Shown here in pieces: positions 41,746-51,707 of a stretch of 64,000 bases of DNA; positions within the stretch are counted from its first letter, which is position 1; every line of letters begins with the position of its first letter. The position numbers and the translations under genes are program-made. The notes beneath the pieces are model-generated. The model was not told the DNA's origin and searched no databases. It worked only from the letters and a program-made list of their open reading frames with translations. The stretch covers positions 928,001-992,000 of the forward strand of contig OY762492.1 of the NCBI GenBank assembly GCA_963665845.2, read 5' to 3'. Source of the stretch: Candidatus Poribacteria bacterium (lineage in GTDB: Bacteria > Poribacteria > WGA-4E > GCA-2687025).

Positions 41746-43167
41746 ATGACGCATATCCCGATCCTGCGCGCCGGCAAACCGTACAAAAGCTTAGACGCCG
41801 CCCATATCCGCCATGTCGAAACGGGCGAGATTTATGCCGAAGTGAGCCAAGCGAACCCAGGACTGATCGCGCGCGACATGTTAAAAGCGCCCGACCGCAA
41901 ACGCGCCATGGAACGCATCCAGATCGCGGAAATGCTGGACATCTGCAAGCGCGCCGCCCGCGTTTTCATGGAGGACGCGCTGCCCGTCGGAGACGAAACG
42001 CAAACGCCCGAAGACTATGTCCGCCAAACCTCCGCCTCCACAGGCTTGCCCCAAACGCTCTGCCGACTCAACATGGAGAAGATACGGCACAACCTCGACA
42101 ACATGGAAACGATACTCGGCGGACTGACGCGCGGGCTAGACCTGCGCATCATCGAAAACGGATGGGGCGTTCAGGACGGGCGGCGGCTCAGTTACGCGCC
42201 GCTGACCGACGCGCTCGGCGCCGTCCTGCCGAGCAACTCCCCCGGCGTCCATTCGCTGTGGCTGCCGGCGGTCGCGCTGCGCGTACCCGTTGTGTTGAAG
42301 CCCGGCAGCGGCGACCCGTGGACGCCTTACCGCATCGCGCAGGCGCTCATGAAAGCGGGCTGCCCCGCCGAAGCGTTTTCGTTCTACCCGTCCAGCCACA
42401 ACGGCGCCAATGAAATCCTTGTCCGAACGGGAAGCTCCATGCTGTTCGGCGGCGCCGACACGGTGCGCCCATGGCGAAACGATCCGCGCGTTCAAATTCA
42501 CGGACCGGGCTGGAGCAAGGTACTTTTTGGAGAGGACGCGGCGGACGACTGGCGCTCTCATCTGGATATGCTGGCGCATTCGGTCGCCGACAACGGCGGG
42601 CGCTCCTGCGTCAACGCTTCAGGCGTCTGGACGCCCGCGCATGCGCGCGCAACGGCGGAAGCGCTGGCGGAGCGGCTCGCGCAGATAGAAGCGAAACCGC
42701 TGGACGATCCCGACGCGCAGATCGCCGCCTTTGCGAACCCGCGCGCCGCCCAAGCCGTCTCCGATATGATCGACGCGCGCCTGAAAACAGACGGGGCTAT
42801 CGACTTGACGGCGCAATATCGAAACGGGCCGCGCTTCGTTCAGATCGGAAACTGCGGCTATGTTCAGCCGACGGTCATCTACTGCGAAAGCGCGGAGCGC
42901 CCGCTGGCGAAGATGGAGCTGCTGCTGCCGTTTGTCAGCGTCGTTCAGGTTCCGCAGGCGGAGATGCTGCCGCGCATCGGACCGACGCTCTCCGCCGCTG
43001 TCGTCACGGAGGATGCCGAATGGATGCGCGAACTCATGTCGGCGCCGCATATTGAGCGGCTTAGTTTCGGGTCGATCCCGACGAACCGCGTCGCGTGGGA
43101 TCAGCCGCATGAGGGCAACCTGTTTGAGCGTTTATACCGCCAGCGCGCTTTTCAGGCGTCCGCTTAG
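41746..43167 (+). CDS. Atypical aldehyde dehydrogenase family protein
   Basis: LPSNSPG, VVLKPG, GGRSCVNAS catalytic Cys, ELLLPFVSV. Confidence 0.85.
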   Translation: MTHIPILRAGKPYKSLDAAHIRHVETGEIYAEVSQANPGLIARDMLKAPDRKRAMERIQIAEMLDICKRAARVFMEDALPVGDETQTPEDYVRQTSASTGLPQTLCRLNMEKIRHNLDNMETILGGLTRGLDLRIIENGWGVQDGRRLSYAPLTDALGAVLPSNSPGVHSLWLPAVALRVPVVLKPGSGDPWTPYRIAQALMKAGCPAEAFSFYPSSHNGANEILVRTGSSMLFGGADTVRPWRNDPRVQIHGPGWSKVLFGEDAADDWRSHLDMLAHSVADNGGRSCVNASGVWTPAHARATAEALAERLAQIEAKPLDDPDAQIAAFANPRAAQAVSDMIDARLKTDGAIDLTAQYRNGPRFVQIGNCGYVQPTVIYCESAERPLAKMELLLPFVSVVQVPQAEMLPRIGPTLSAAVVTEDAEWMRELMSAPHIERLSFGSIPTNRVAWDQPHEGNLFERLYRQRAFQASA

Positions 43168-43206
43168 CGGGAGGCTTTGGTTTGTTTAAAAAAGAGCCGG
43201 CGCCCG

Positions 43207-44355
43207 ATGCGACCCATCTATCTTGACAACAACGCCGCCGCCCCGCTGGCGCCAGAAGCGCTGGCGGCGATGACGCAGGCGGCGCAAGACGCATACGGCA
43301 ACCCGTCCAGCCTGCACCGCATGGGCGTCAAAGCGTCCCGCGTTTTGGAAGACGCGCGGGCATGCCTCGCCCGTCATTTCGGCGCGGAACCGCGCGAGGT
43401 CGTCTTCACCTCCGGGGCGACCGAAAGCGTCAACATGGCGCTCCTCGGAGCCGCCAAAGCGCTGCGCCGCCAGGGGAACCGCATCATAACCTCCGCCGTT
43501 GAACATGAGTCGACGCTGGCGGTCTGCAAGCATCTCCATAGCGAGGGTCATCAGATTGACATATTGGAGACGGACGCTTTTGGGCGCGTCTGTCCAGACC
43601 GCCTTGCCGCCGCCGTTCAAGACGACACGATTTTAGCGGCGTTTGGACATGTGAACGGCGAACTCGGAACGATTCGCCCGATTGGCGAACTTGCGCAGAT
43701 TGTCAAACGAAAAAACCGGCGCGCCGTCTTTTTTTCTGACGGGGCTCAAGCGTTCGGCAAAATGCCGGTCAACGCGCGCGCCGTAGATCTTTACGCCGCC
43801 AGCGCGCATAAACTGCATGGGCCAAGGGGAATCGGGGCGCTGGTTGTCAAGGGGGTTGCGGTCAAGCCGCTGCTGTTCGGCGGGGGGCAGGAGCGCGGGC
43901 TTCGCCCCGGCACAGAGAACGCGCCCGGCGCCGCCGGGTTTGCCGCCGCCGTAGAAGCCGCGTATCAGGACATGCCGGCATGTCGGGAACGCCTGCGCAA
44001 ACTGCGCCGGCGGTTCCTTGACGCGATCCCCCCTATCGGCGATGTCCGCGTCAACTCCCCCGACGACGCCCTCGAAACGACCGTCAACGCCGCTTTCCTG
44101 GGCGTCCCCGCCGAGACATTGTCGCACGCCTTGGAGGAGCGCGGGGTGTATGTCTCCACCGGCTCCGCCTGCTCCTCAACAAAACGGGGCGTCAGCTCCG
44201 TTCTGGCGGCGCTGCCGATGCCGGAAGCGGCGCGCCGTTCCAGCCTGCGCTTCTCCTTCTCGCGCTTCACAACCGACAACTGCATCGACCGCGCCGCGGC
44301 CGCCCTGCGCGAGGCGGTCCCAAAACTGCGCCAACTGTACAGGCTCGCCCAATGA
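43207..44355 (+). CDS. iscS: Cysteine desulfurase
   Basis: IYLDNNA, GNPSS.H, FTSGATES, DGAQ, SAHKLHGP, STGSACSS. Confidence 0.93.
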   Translation: MRPIYLDNNAAAPLAPEALAAMTQAAQDAYGNPSSLHRMGVKASRVLEDARACLARHFGAEPREVVFTSGATESVNMALLGAAKALRRQGNRIITSAVEHESTLAVCKHLHSEGHQIDILETDAFGRVCPDRLAAAVQDDTILAAFGHVNGELGTIRPIGELAQIVKRKNRRAVFFSDGAQAFGKMPVNARAVDLYAASAHKLHGPRGIGALVVKGVAVKPLLFGGGQERGLRPGTENAPGAAGFAAAVEAAYQDMPACRERLRKLRRRFLDAIPPIGDVRVNSPDDALETTVNAAFLGVPAETLSHALEERGVYVSTGSACSSTKRGVSSVLAALPMPEAARRSSLRFSFSRFTTDNCIDRAAAALREAVPKLRQLYRLAQ

Positions 44356-45575
44356 AAATGAACAGGCTGATTCTTGTCAAGGACGCGCCGGAGATTGGGC
44401 TGAAAGGCAAGAACCGCAACCGCTTTCGACAGCGGCTCATCCAGAACCTGCTGCGCGCCGCCGAACTGCCCGCCGACCGGGCGCGGGACGAGCCGGGGCG
44501 CGTCTATCTGGATGTGAGCGCGGAGGAAATGGACGGCGTTCTGGACGCGCTCGGACGGGTGTTCGGCGCGCATGCGTTCGCGCCGGCGCATCGAACGGAG
44601 CCTGACCTGGACGCGGCGGGGGAAGCGTGTCTGCGCGTCGCGGAGGCGGCGGGGTTTCAAAACGCCTCGTTCGGCGTCCGCGTCAAGCGCGCCGACCGCT
44701 CCTTTCCCGTCTCGTCCAACGAAGCGGAACGGCATCTCGGCGCCCTTATTCTAGACCGCTTTCCGTCATGGCGGGTCGATCTGACGGCTCCCGATCTGTG
44801 GGTTTATGTGGAGTTTCGGCATGGCAGCGCGTATGCGTACTCCAGCCTAGACGAACGGGCTGGACCAGGCGGCATGCCGGTCGGCGCGTCGGGTCGAGCG
44901 TTGGCGCTGCTGTCGGGCGGCATCGACAGCCCCGCCGCCGCGTGGATGGCAATGCGCCGCGGGTTGAGCGTCGACGCGGTTCATTTTCACAGCTTCCCGT
45001 TCACCGGCGAAAAAGCGAAGGAGAAGTGCCTCAATCTGGCGCGCGTTCTCTCCCGATGGAAGACGCTGCCGATGAATGTATACGTTCTGCCGTTCGCCGA
45101 GACGCAGACCGCCGCCGCCGAGAAGGTTGACCAGAGCCTATGGACGCTTCTGTTTCGGCGGATGATGGACAGGGCGGCGGCGCGGCTCATGAAAGCGCGG
45201 CGGTATCGGGCGCTCATCACGGGCGACAATCTGGGGCAGGTCGCCAGCCAGACCGTAGAAAACCTTGCCGCCATGGACGCCGCGGTCGATATGCTGCGCC
45301 TGCGCCCGCTCATCGCTTACGACAAGGCGGACACCATCGCGCTCGCCCGCCGTATCGGAACCTATGAGATTTCCATTTTGCCGTATGAGGATTGCTGCAC
45401 GGCGTTCACGCCGAAGCAGCCGAAGACGAAAGCGACCGCAAGAGCGCTTGAACAGGCGGAGGCGGCGCTGCCGGTGGAAGCGCTGACAGACGCCAGCGTC
45501 AAAGGCGCGCAGATGTACCGCGTCCGCCCCGACAGCATCGAAGAAGCGGACATGCCCGATTTAAAAAACGCATGA
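44352..45575 (+). CDS. thiI: tRNA 4-thiouridine synthase (THUMP + PP-loop, no rhodanese domain)
   Basis: EIGLKGKNR, GGMPVG, LLSGGIDSP, GDNLGQVASQT, PYEDCC. Confidence 0.95.
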   Translation: MKMNRLILVKDAPEIGLKGKNRNRFRQRLIQNLLRAAELPADRARDEPGRVYLDVSAEEMDGVLDALGRVFGAHAFAPAHRTEPDLDAAGEACLRVAEAAGFQNASFGVRVKRADRSFPVSSNEAERHLGALILDRFPSWRVDLTAPDLWVYVEFRHGSAYAYSSLDERAGPGGMPVGASGRALALLSGGIDSPAAAWMAMRRGLSVDAVHFHSFPFTGEKAKEKCLNLARVLSRWKTLPMNVYVLPFAETQTAAAEKVDQSLWTLLFRRMMDRAAARLMKARRYRALITGDNLGQVASQTVENLAAMDAAVDMLRLRPLIAYDKADTIALARRIGTYEISILPYEDCCTAFTPKQPKTKATARALEQAEAALPVEALTDASVKGAQMYRVRPDSIEEADMPDLKNA

Positions 45576-46027
45576 CCGTTTCTCATAACGTACTTAAAAG
45601 GAGCGCCGCGCTGTTGATTGAAACGTCGGGGCGCGTCCTGCTGGTGAAGCGTCCGCTGGAGGATGCGGAATTGCCGGGGGTGTGGGGTTTGCCTGCCTGC
45701 TCGCTTGAGGCGGAGGAACGTTGGCGCCAGGCGGCGCGCCGATGCGCGCGCGTCAAGCTGGGCGTTCGGCTCAAGGCGGTTGAGCCGGCGGGCGAGGGGC
45801 GGCAAGAGCGCTCCGACTATGCGCTCCATATGCGGCTTTTTTCGGCGGCGTTGGCGCCTGGAGAGACGCCGAAAGTCCCGCAGCCGGGCGCTGGGATGAC
45901 GCAATACAGCGCCTGGCGATGGGCGTCCAAAGCGGAGGCGGCCGGCGTTTTCAAAAAAGGGGCGGGGCAAGGTTCTCTCTGCTGCGCCCTCGCCGCGTCC
46001 GATTTCCCCCTTGAAAAGGGTGGCTAG
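45572..46027 (+). CDS. NUDIX-like hydrolase with a degenerate Nudix box
   Basis: VLLVKRP...LPGVWGLPA..L...E....AARR....KLGV. Confidence 0.75.
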   Translation: MTVSHNVLKRSAALLIETSGRVLLVKRPLEDAELPGVWGLPACSLEAEERWRQAARRCARVKLGVRLKAVEPAGEGRQERSDYALHMRLFSAALAPGETPKVPQPGAGMTQYSAWRWASKAEAAGVFKKGAGQGSLCCALAASDFPLEKGG

Positions 46028-46092
46028 GGGGGTTTAAAAGACGGACGCGGCGACTGCGATGCCTTAAGATTCCCGCTTGCGCGGGAATGACG
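46003..46092. repeat. CCCCCTTGAAAAGGG palindrome plus dRS3-like palindrome
   Basis: Nearly the same two-module unit as 51470-51563 and 53546-53626. Confidence 0.88.
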
Positions 46093-46234
46093 ATCGGCGA
46101 CGCGGACGCTTTAGGGTTAAAAATGAAAAACTCCGTATAAGCGTACCGCCCGCTTCCGCCAAGCTAGACGCCACACGCCGCATGCGTTAAGATGGCGGCG
46201 CAAGAAAATGAACGACCTTCAGAAAGGGCGATAG

Positions 46235-47209
46235 ATGAATCAAGCGCGCGTAGGTTTTATCGGCGTCGGCGGCGTCGCGGGAGGGCATCTCAACATCCTG
46301 AACGGCTTTGAGGACGCGCAGCTCGCCGCGCTGTGCGACATTGACGAGGGGCGGTTAAAAGGGCGCGCCGAGGCGTTCGGCGTCGCCAATACCTACACGG
46401 ACTACCGCGAAATGCTGTCGGCGGAGGAGCTGGACGCCGTCTATGTGTGCGTTCCGCCGTTCGCGCATGGAGAAATTGAGGAGGAGATTGCGGCGGCGGG
46501 CGCGGCTCTGTTTGTTGAAAAACCGGTCGATCTGTATCTGGAGCCGGCGATCCGCAAGCATGAAGCGATACGGGACGCGGGCATTCTGAACACGGTCGGC
46601 TACTGCGTCCGCTACCTCAGCACGGTGGACGATGTGGCGCAGACGCTGGACGGCGTCCAGATCGACATGGCGCTGGGGTACTACATGGGCGGGGCGCCGG
46701 GCGGATGGTGGCGGCAAGTGAACAAGTCGGGCGGGCAGCTGGTGGAGCAGACGACGCATATCGTCGACACGGCGCGGTATCTGGTCGGGGATGTGGCGGC
46801 GGTGGGCGGGGCGTTTGCCGCGCAGACGCCGCTGGACGACACCGCCGACATTGAGAACGTCTCCATCGCGCATCTGTTTTTTGAAAACGGCGCCGTCGGG
46901 GCAATCATGTCCGCATGCATGCTGGGGCGCGGCTTCAAGACGGGTCTCGACATCTTTGCGAAAGGCTACACGGCAGAGTTCACCTACGGCAAAACGCGCG
47001 TCCACACAGGCGGCGAATCGCATGAATTCGACCCGAACAACAACATGTACGAGTCGGAAGACCGCGCGTTTATCGACGCTGTCAAAACGGGAGACATCTC
47101 GGCGCTGCGCGTCGATTACGAGGACGCGGTGAAATCGCTGGAGGTGTCGCTCTTGGCGCGGGAGGCGAACGACAAGCGCGCCGTCTTGGAGACGACCTTC
47201 AAGGGTTGA
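46235..47209 (+). CDS. Gfo/Idh/MocA family oxidoreductase
   Basis: GFIGVGG, LDAVYVCVPP..H, FVEKP, SGGQLVEQTTH.VD. Confidence 0.93.
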   Translation: MNQARVGFIGVGGVAGGHLNILNGFEDAQLAALCDIDEGRLKGRAEAFGVANTYTDYREMLSAEELDAVYVCVPPFAHGEIEEEIAAAGAALFVEKPVDLYLEPAIRKHEAIRDAGILNTVGYCVRYLSTVDDVAQTLDGVQIDMALGYYMGGAPGGWWRQVNKSGGQLVEQTTHIVDTARYLVGDVAAVGGAFAAQTPLDDTADIENVSIAHLFFENGAVGAIMSACMLGRGFKTGLDIFAKGYTAEFTYGKTRVHTGGESHEFDPNNNMYESEDRAFIDAVKTGDISALRVDYEDAVKSLEVSLLAREANDKRAVLETTFKG

Positions 47210-47224
47210 CGCCAACAGGGTCGT

Positions 47225-47400
47225 TCCCCGCTTACGCGAGGACATGCATTCCCGCGCCCTTATAGCCTGCCCCCGTGAAAACGGGGGTCATTCCCGCGTA
47301 AGCGGGAATCTAGAAACCGCGTCAAGCGTTTAAATCTCCGAACCCCTTGACAGGGGGCTTCTACTCTCTCCCCTTCAAAAGGGGGGCAGGGGGGGTTTTC
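47225..47400. repeat. Mosaic palindromic repeat cluster between convergent genes
   Basis: GAGGACATGC module, CCCCCGTGAAAACGGGGG, dRS3-like palindrome at 47290, CCCCTTCAAAAGGGG. Confidence 0.85.
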
Positions 47401-47418
47401 TGCGACACTCTCTCCGCG

Positions 47419-48855
47419 TCAAAGAATGCCGTTGCGCCGAAGCTCGGCGACCAAGAACGCCTGACTGCGGTTTCCCTTGACCGAATTGCATGCGCCGCAC
47501 AGCAGCTGCAGGTTGTCGAGATGATCCGAACCGCCCTTGCTCTTCGGCACAATATGATCAATCGTGAAATTCCTGAACGGAAACACGATTTGACAGCCCG
47601 CGCATTCGCCCTCCTGCTTCCCAAACAACGTATGCTTATGCGTCCGGTAATTCGGCAGTTTTCCGAGATCGGTACGGTTCGGTATATCGGTTCGATGCGC
47701 CATCGGATGCTGCGAAAACAGAAGCGGGTTGTCCTTTTCAATGCGTATCTTCACCAGCTGCGCCGCCTTCGGCGACAGGTCGATTCCCGCCCATTGACGG
47801 TTCAAACGTTCGGCGGCGACGCATGCGGTTGCGCAGCCGCAGAACGGATCCAGAACCATATCGCCCTCGTTAGACGACGCCTTGACGATCCGCTCCAACA
47901 GCTCAAGCGGCTTCTGCGTTGGATAGCCGATCCGCTCCTTCGACCTGGCTTGCACCGGATTGATGTCGGCAATCACATCCTGAGCAGCCATTCCCTCCAT
48001 ATCGTCAAAATACCTTTTGAAGCGAGGAACGGAACCTTTCGGCGGCCAGTAGACTCGACCAATTTTATCCAAATACTCCAGCGCTTCCAAAGTGGATTCG
48101 GGCATCGTCTCTGCGCCGGGAAATTTTCGCGGAACCGCCCAATGCCGCCCTTTTGAAGTCGGATCGTACCCTCGCCATGGCGTACCGGACTCGCCTTCTC
48201 TAATTCCTGAGCCTGTCAAATCCCCCACCTGAAATTTTCGTCCATTATCGTCCTCATATCGATAGTTTTTATCGATATATTCTTGATTGTAGGGTTGATA
48301 AACGCGGTTCCAGCGGTATTTTTTCGATTTGGCGTAAAATAAAATGATGTCGTGGACAGCTCCAAACCGGCGCGCGCCGGAATGAGCGCTCGTCCTTTTC
48401 CATGTGATTTCGTTCAGAAAATTTTCCCGTCCGAAGACGGCGTCCATCGCCAGTTTCAGATAATGGCTCGCGGTCGGATCGCAGTGGAGATAGATGGAGC
48501 CGGTCGATTTCAGGATGCGCCGCATCTCCAGCAGCCGAACGGTCATCATGATCGCGTACGCTTTCATGCTTTTGCTGTGGGCGTTGCCTGCGGCGTCGAT
48601 GACAGAGTAGAGGGCTGGTTCCCTGTCCGCGATCTCACCGTGCCAAGCGAGGTCCACGTCGTCCAGCGTCCATGAGTCTTTGAACGCCGCGCCCGCAGCC
48701 TCAGAGCCGATCGGCGCCTCGTAGGCGCGGTTGGAGTTGAACGGCGGGTCCAGGTAGATCAGGTCAACGCTGTCGGAGTTCATGCCGCGCATGATGTCCA
48801 GGTTGTCGCCTGTCCACATGGTGCGGTTTGTCCAGTTCGGCTTGCCTTGACTCAT
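47419..48855 (-). CDS. Beta-class N6A/N4C DNA methyltransferase fused to a C-terminal HNH nuclease
   Basis: GDNL, LIYLDPPF, YPTQKP, LDPFCGC; C-terminal CAGC...DHIVPKSKGGSDHLDNLQLLCGACN. Confidence 0.92.
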   Translation of the reverse strand: MSQGKPNWTNRTMWTGDNLDIMRGMNSDSVDLIYLDPPFNSNRAYEAPIGSEAAGAAFKDSWTLDDVDLAWHGEIADREPALYSVIDAAGNAHSKSMKAYAIMMTVRLLEMRRILKSTGSIYLHCDPTASHYLKLAMDAVFGRENFLNEITWKRTSAHSGARRFGAVHDIILFYAKSKKYRWNRVYQPYNQEYIDKNYRYEDDNGRKFQVGDLTGSGIREGESGTPWRGYDPTSKGRHWAVPRKFPGAETMPESTLEALEYLDKIGRVYWPPKGSVPRFKRYFDDMEGMAAQDVIADINPVQARSKERIGYPTQKPLELLERIVKASSNEGDMVLDPFCGCATACVAAERLNRQWAGIDLSPKAAQLVKIRIEKDNPLLFSQHPMAHRTDIPNRTDLGKLPNYRTHKHTLFGKQEGECAGCQIVFPFRNFTIDHIVPKSKGGSDHLDNLQLLCGACNSVKGNRSQAFLVAELRRNGIL

Positions 48856-48976
48856 GATCGCTCCTTGACCGTTTCGCTTCAACGACCCATAATATACTGC
48901 AACGCTCAGGAGAAATCCAGCGCGTTCAAATCAGGCGACGCAAGGCAGGTTTGTTGCTGAAGCACAGGAGTTAAGA

Positions 48977-49666
48977 ATGTTCAAAATCTTCAGTCGGCTC
49001 CGTCGGCAAGATGAAGCGGAAGTTGACCAGCTCAATCTCGAAGTTGACGAAGAGGAAGTTGAGCAGCCCGATCTCGAAGTTGACGAAAAGGATGTGGCCA
49101 TATGTTTTCTTATGGCTGATCTTGAAAAGGCAGATGACGACGTCCTTCAGATTAGACTGCATGACCTGAAGACTCTGGATTGGTCCGCTCTGGAAAAGAA
49201 ACTCAAAAAATCCAACAGCTTCCAAGACAGCCCAGTCAGCGGATGGCTAATGAAGAAAAAAGAGCGAGAAAGTAAGGTAATTGAGAAATGGGTTTGCAGG
49301 GGTGGCGTACGGCTCGAAGACTGCTGGACGAGCGGAATAAGGCCGGTGGAGGAGGATCCGCGGTTCCAAGAGGCAGTTGACGATGTAGAAGGGAATCTTG
49401 TTCGCTTGAGCAAACATCCGTACGTGGTCGAGGTCAAGGAATTTAAAAAAACAATGCCAAATTGCAACAACCGAACGCTGATTGGAATTTATCACGAAAA
49501 GATTGGGGAAAAACAAGGCAGCGTTGAGATCATTGATGGAGCGCACCGGCTCGTTGCGATGTGGAAAAATGGAATGCGAAAAACAGACATGTTTCTAGGT
49601 AAGCCGACCGCAGGATCGCATACGGCTATGGGAACCGTTGCTCCAAAAAAACGGTCAGAGCAATGA
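48977..49666 (+). CDS. Hypothetical protein with ParB/Srx-like IIDGxHR motif
   Basis: CAGGAG RBS; IIDGAHRL; visibly more AT-rich than its neighbours. Confidence 0.7.
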   Translation: MFKIFSRLRRQDEAEVDQLNLEVDEEEVEQPDLEVDEKDVAICFLMADLEKADDDVLQIRLHDLKTLDWSALEKKLKKSNSFQDSPVSGWLMKKKERESKVIEKWVCRGGVRLEDCWTSGIRPVEEDPRFQEAVDDVEGNLVRLSKHPYVVEVKEFKKTMPNCNNRTLIGIYHEKIGEKQGSVEIIDGAHRLVAMWKNGMRKTDMFLGKPTAGSHTAMGTVAPKKRSEQ

Positions 49667-49715
49667 TTCTTAATAGCGGCTGCAAGGCAATCTAGCCGCG
49701 TTTGGCAAGGGATGT

Positions 49716-49916
49716 TTAATGCGCCCCTTCCGTTTCATCATACAGGCTGACCGCCGCCTCCGCGACCGCCTCCGCCTTTACATCGTCCATGCGCCGCGCG
49801 CGCGTTTGGCGTCGGCGTTGACGCGGGCTGGCGTTTTCATTCAGCGCGCTCGGCTCCACAACGCGGTTGACCGACCCGACCGGACCCCACCGCCGAGGAT
49901 CGGTCGGTCCAAAGAC
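49716..49916 (-). pseudogene. Orphan duplicate of the 3' end of the GT9 glycosyltransferase gene
   Basis: 49732-49916 aligns with 50449-50633 (offset 717); has its own ending LYDETEGAH*. Confidence 0.92.
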
Positions 49917-49987
49917 GGGTTTGCGTCATGCGTCGCGTTGGCGTATCATGTTGAGGCGTTGACAGGTTTCCATGAAGGAGACGCTCG

Positions 49988-50392
49988 ATGAACACAACGC
50001 AGGACCCCCAGAACGAGGGGCTTCCGCTGGATCCAAACGCTTATGCGACAAAGCTGGACATCGCGAATCTTCGGTACGATTTCAAAGATGAAACCGCGAC
50101 TCTTCGGTCAGAATTCAAAGATGACATCGCGGCGGTCCGAAGCGAAATTTCGGAGACGAAATCCGACCTCAAAAGCGAAATCGCGGCGGTCCGAAGCGAA
50201 ATCGCAGAGACGAAGTCTGAACTCAAAAGCGAACACACAGAGACTCAAATTGGGCTTGCAGCGCTGACGAGCAGGGTAGAGGGGCTTGAGAAGCAAATGA
50301 CCTCTTTTCAAAACCAAATGAAATTGATGTTTGTGTTCCAAACTGGAATTTTGATCGCGCTCGTGAGCCTCTTTCTGAAGGGTATGTTCTGA
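49988..50392 (+). CDS. DUF1640/CCDC90/Bdr-like coiled-coil protein with C-terminal membrane anchor
   Basis: AAGGAG RBS; ATKLDI motif, 18-aa IAAVRSEI.ETKS.LKSE repeats, hydrophobic C-terminus. Confidence 0.8.
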   Translation: MNTTQDPQNEGLPLDPNAYATKLDIANLRYDFKDETATLRSEFKDDIAAVRSEISETKSDLKSEIAAVRSEIAETKSELKSEHTETQIGLAALTSRVEGLEKQMTSFQNQMKLMFVFQTGILIALVSLFLKGMF

Positions 50393-50432
50393 AACGGAAA
50401 GAGGTTTTGGTTCCGCGCCTGGAACGACGCGG

Positions 50433-51455
50433 CTAAGAGGTTCCGCCTGTTTCGTCATACAGGCTGACCGCCGCCTCCGCGACCGCCTCCGCCTTCACAT
50501 CGTCCATGCGCCGCGCGCGCGTTTGGCGGCGGCGTTGACGGGGGCTGGCATTTTCATTCAGCGCGCTCGGCTCTACAACGCGGCTGACCGACCCGACAGG
50601 ACCCCACCGCCGAGGATCGGTCGGTCCAAAAACAGCGACAAGCGGAACGCCCAAAGCCCCCGCGATATGCATCGGTCCAGAAGCGTTGACGAACAGCAGG
50701 CGGCATCGGCTCATGAGCGCCGCCGCTTCGCGTATCGACATGTTTTGCGCGATGTCGGCGCGCGCGGCGGCTGCCTCAACGAAGCGGCGCGCCTCCGCGG
50801 TGTCCGCCGGCCCGGCGAACGCGATCAGCGCCGCGCCGTCCGCGCGTTTTGCTAAGGCGTCCGCCGCAAACGCAAACCGCTCAACAGGGTATTGCCGCGA
50901 TAGGTCGCTCGCCCCAGGGTGCGTTCCAATCAGCGCCGCGTTCGTTTCCAAGCCGCGTTTTTGTAGCCACTCGTCCGCAAACGCATGCTCCTGTTCGTTC
51001 AGCGTCAGGCGCGGCATTCGGTTTTTAGGTTGAACGCCCGCCGCTTCCACAAGCCTCAGGTTTCGTTCCGTTTCATGGAGCGCCTCGTCCGGCCCGCCGC
51101 CGGGGAGCGTCCGCGTCAGCAGCCGATGGAACGGCTTGCCCGTATAGCCGAACCGCTCCCGCGCGCCCGACAGCCCCGCGATCAGATGCGTTCGCGTAGA
51201 CGATTGAAGCGCGAAGGCGGCGTCGTACCGCCGAGAGCGCATTTCCCGTATCAAGACGCGAAGCGGACGCCCGCCGTCCAGCAGAATCTCCGAGACGGAC
51301 GGACGCCCCTCGATTAGCTGGGCGTTCAGCGGGCTTGCCAACAGGTCAATCTGGGCGTCGGGGAAGGCGTCCCGCAGCGCGTCGATGGCGGGGAGCGCGC
51401 AGACCATGTCGCCCAGCCGGTCGGGGCGGATGAGAAGAATGCGCCGCCTGTTCAT
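50433..51455 (-). CDS. GT9 LPS heptosyltransferase-like glycosyltransferase
   Basis: ILLIRPDRLGDMV, HPGAS, NASGPMHIAGALGVPLVAVFGPT. Confidence 0.92.
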   Translation of the reverse strand: MNRRRILLIRPDRLGDMVCALPAIDALRDAFPDAQIDLLASPLNAQLIEGRPSVSEILLDGGRPLRVLIREMRSRRYDAAFALQSSTRTHLIAGLSGARERFGYTGKPFHRLLTRTLPGGGPDEALHETERNLRLVEAAGVQPKNRMPRLTLNEQEHAFADEWLQKRGLETNAALIGTHPGASDLSRQYPVERFAFAADALAKRADGAALIAFAGPADTAEARRFVEAAAARADIAQNMSIREAAALMSRCRLLFVNASGPMHIAGALGVPLVAVFGPTDPRRWGPVGSVSRVVEPSALNENASPRQRRRQTRARRMDDVKAEAVAEAAVSLYDETGGTS

Positions 51456-51459
51456 GCGC

Positions 51460-51636
51460 GTCGGCGCCTCCGATACCCCCCTTGAAAAGGGGGGCTAGGG
51501 GGGTTTAAAGAGCGGGCGCGTCGGCTGCGACACCTTAAGATTCCCGCTTGCGCGGGAATGACGAGAAGAGACGCGGGAGTCCGATTCCCCCCTTGAAAAG
51601 GGGGGCTAGGGGGGTTTAAAGGACGGGCGCGTCGGC
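51460..51636. repeat. Two CCCCCCTTGAAAAGGGGGGCTAGGGGGGTTTAAA units around a dRS3-like palindrome
   Basis: Direct repeats at about 51470 and 51581; ATTCCC-N8-GGGAAT at 51540. Confidence 0.9.
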
Positions 51637-51707
51637 GCGGCAGTTGCAACCGCCCGCCAAGAAGCGTATCGTAACGCTGGACAATCTTGACACGGCGGGG
51701 AGTTACG

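Noticed and set aside
49719-49991. 90-aa plus-strand ORF, and repeat-derived ORFs at 41316, 41539 and 51452
   Set aside because: Antisense of the duplicated GT9 fragment, or translations of palindromic repeats
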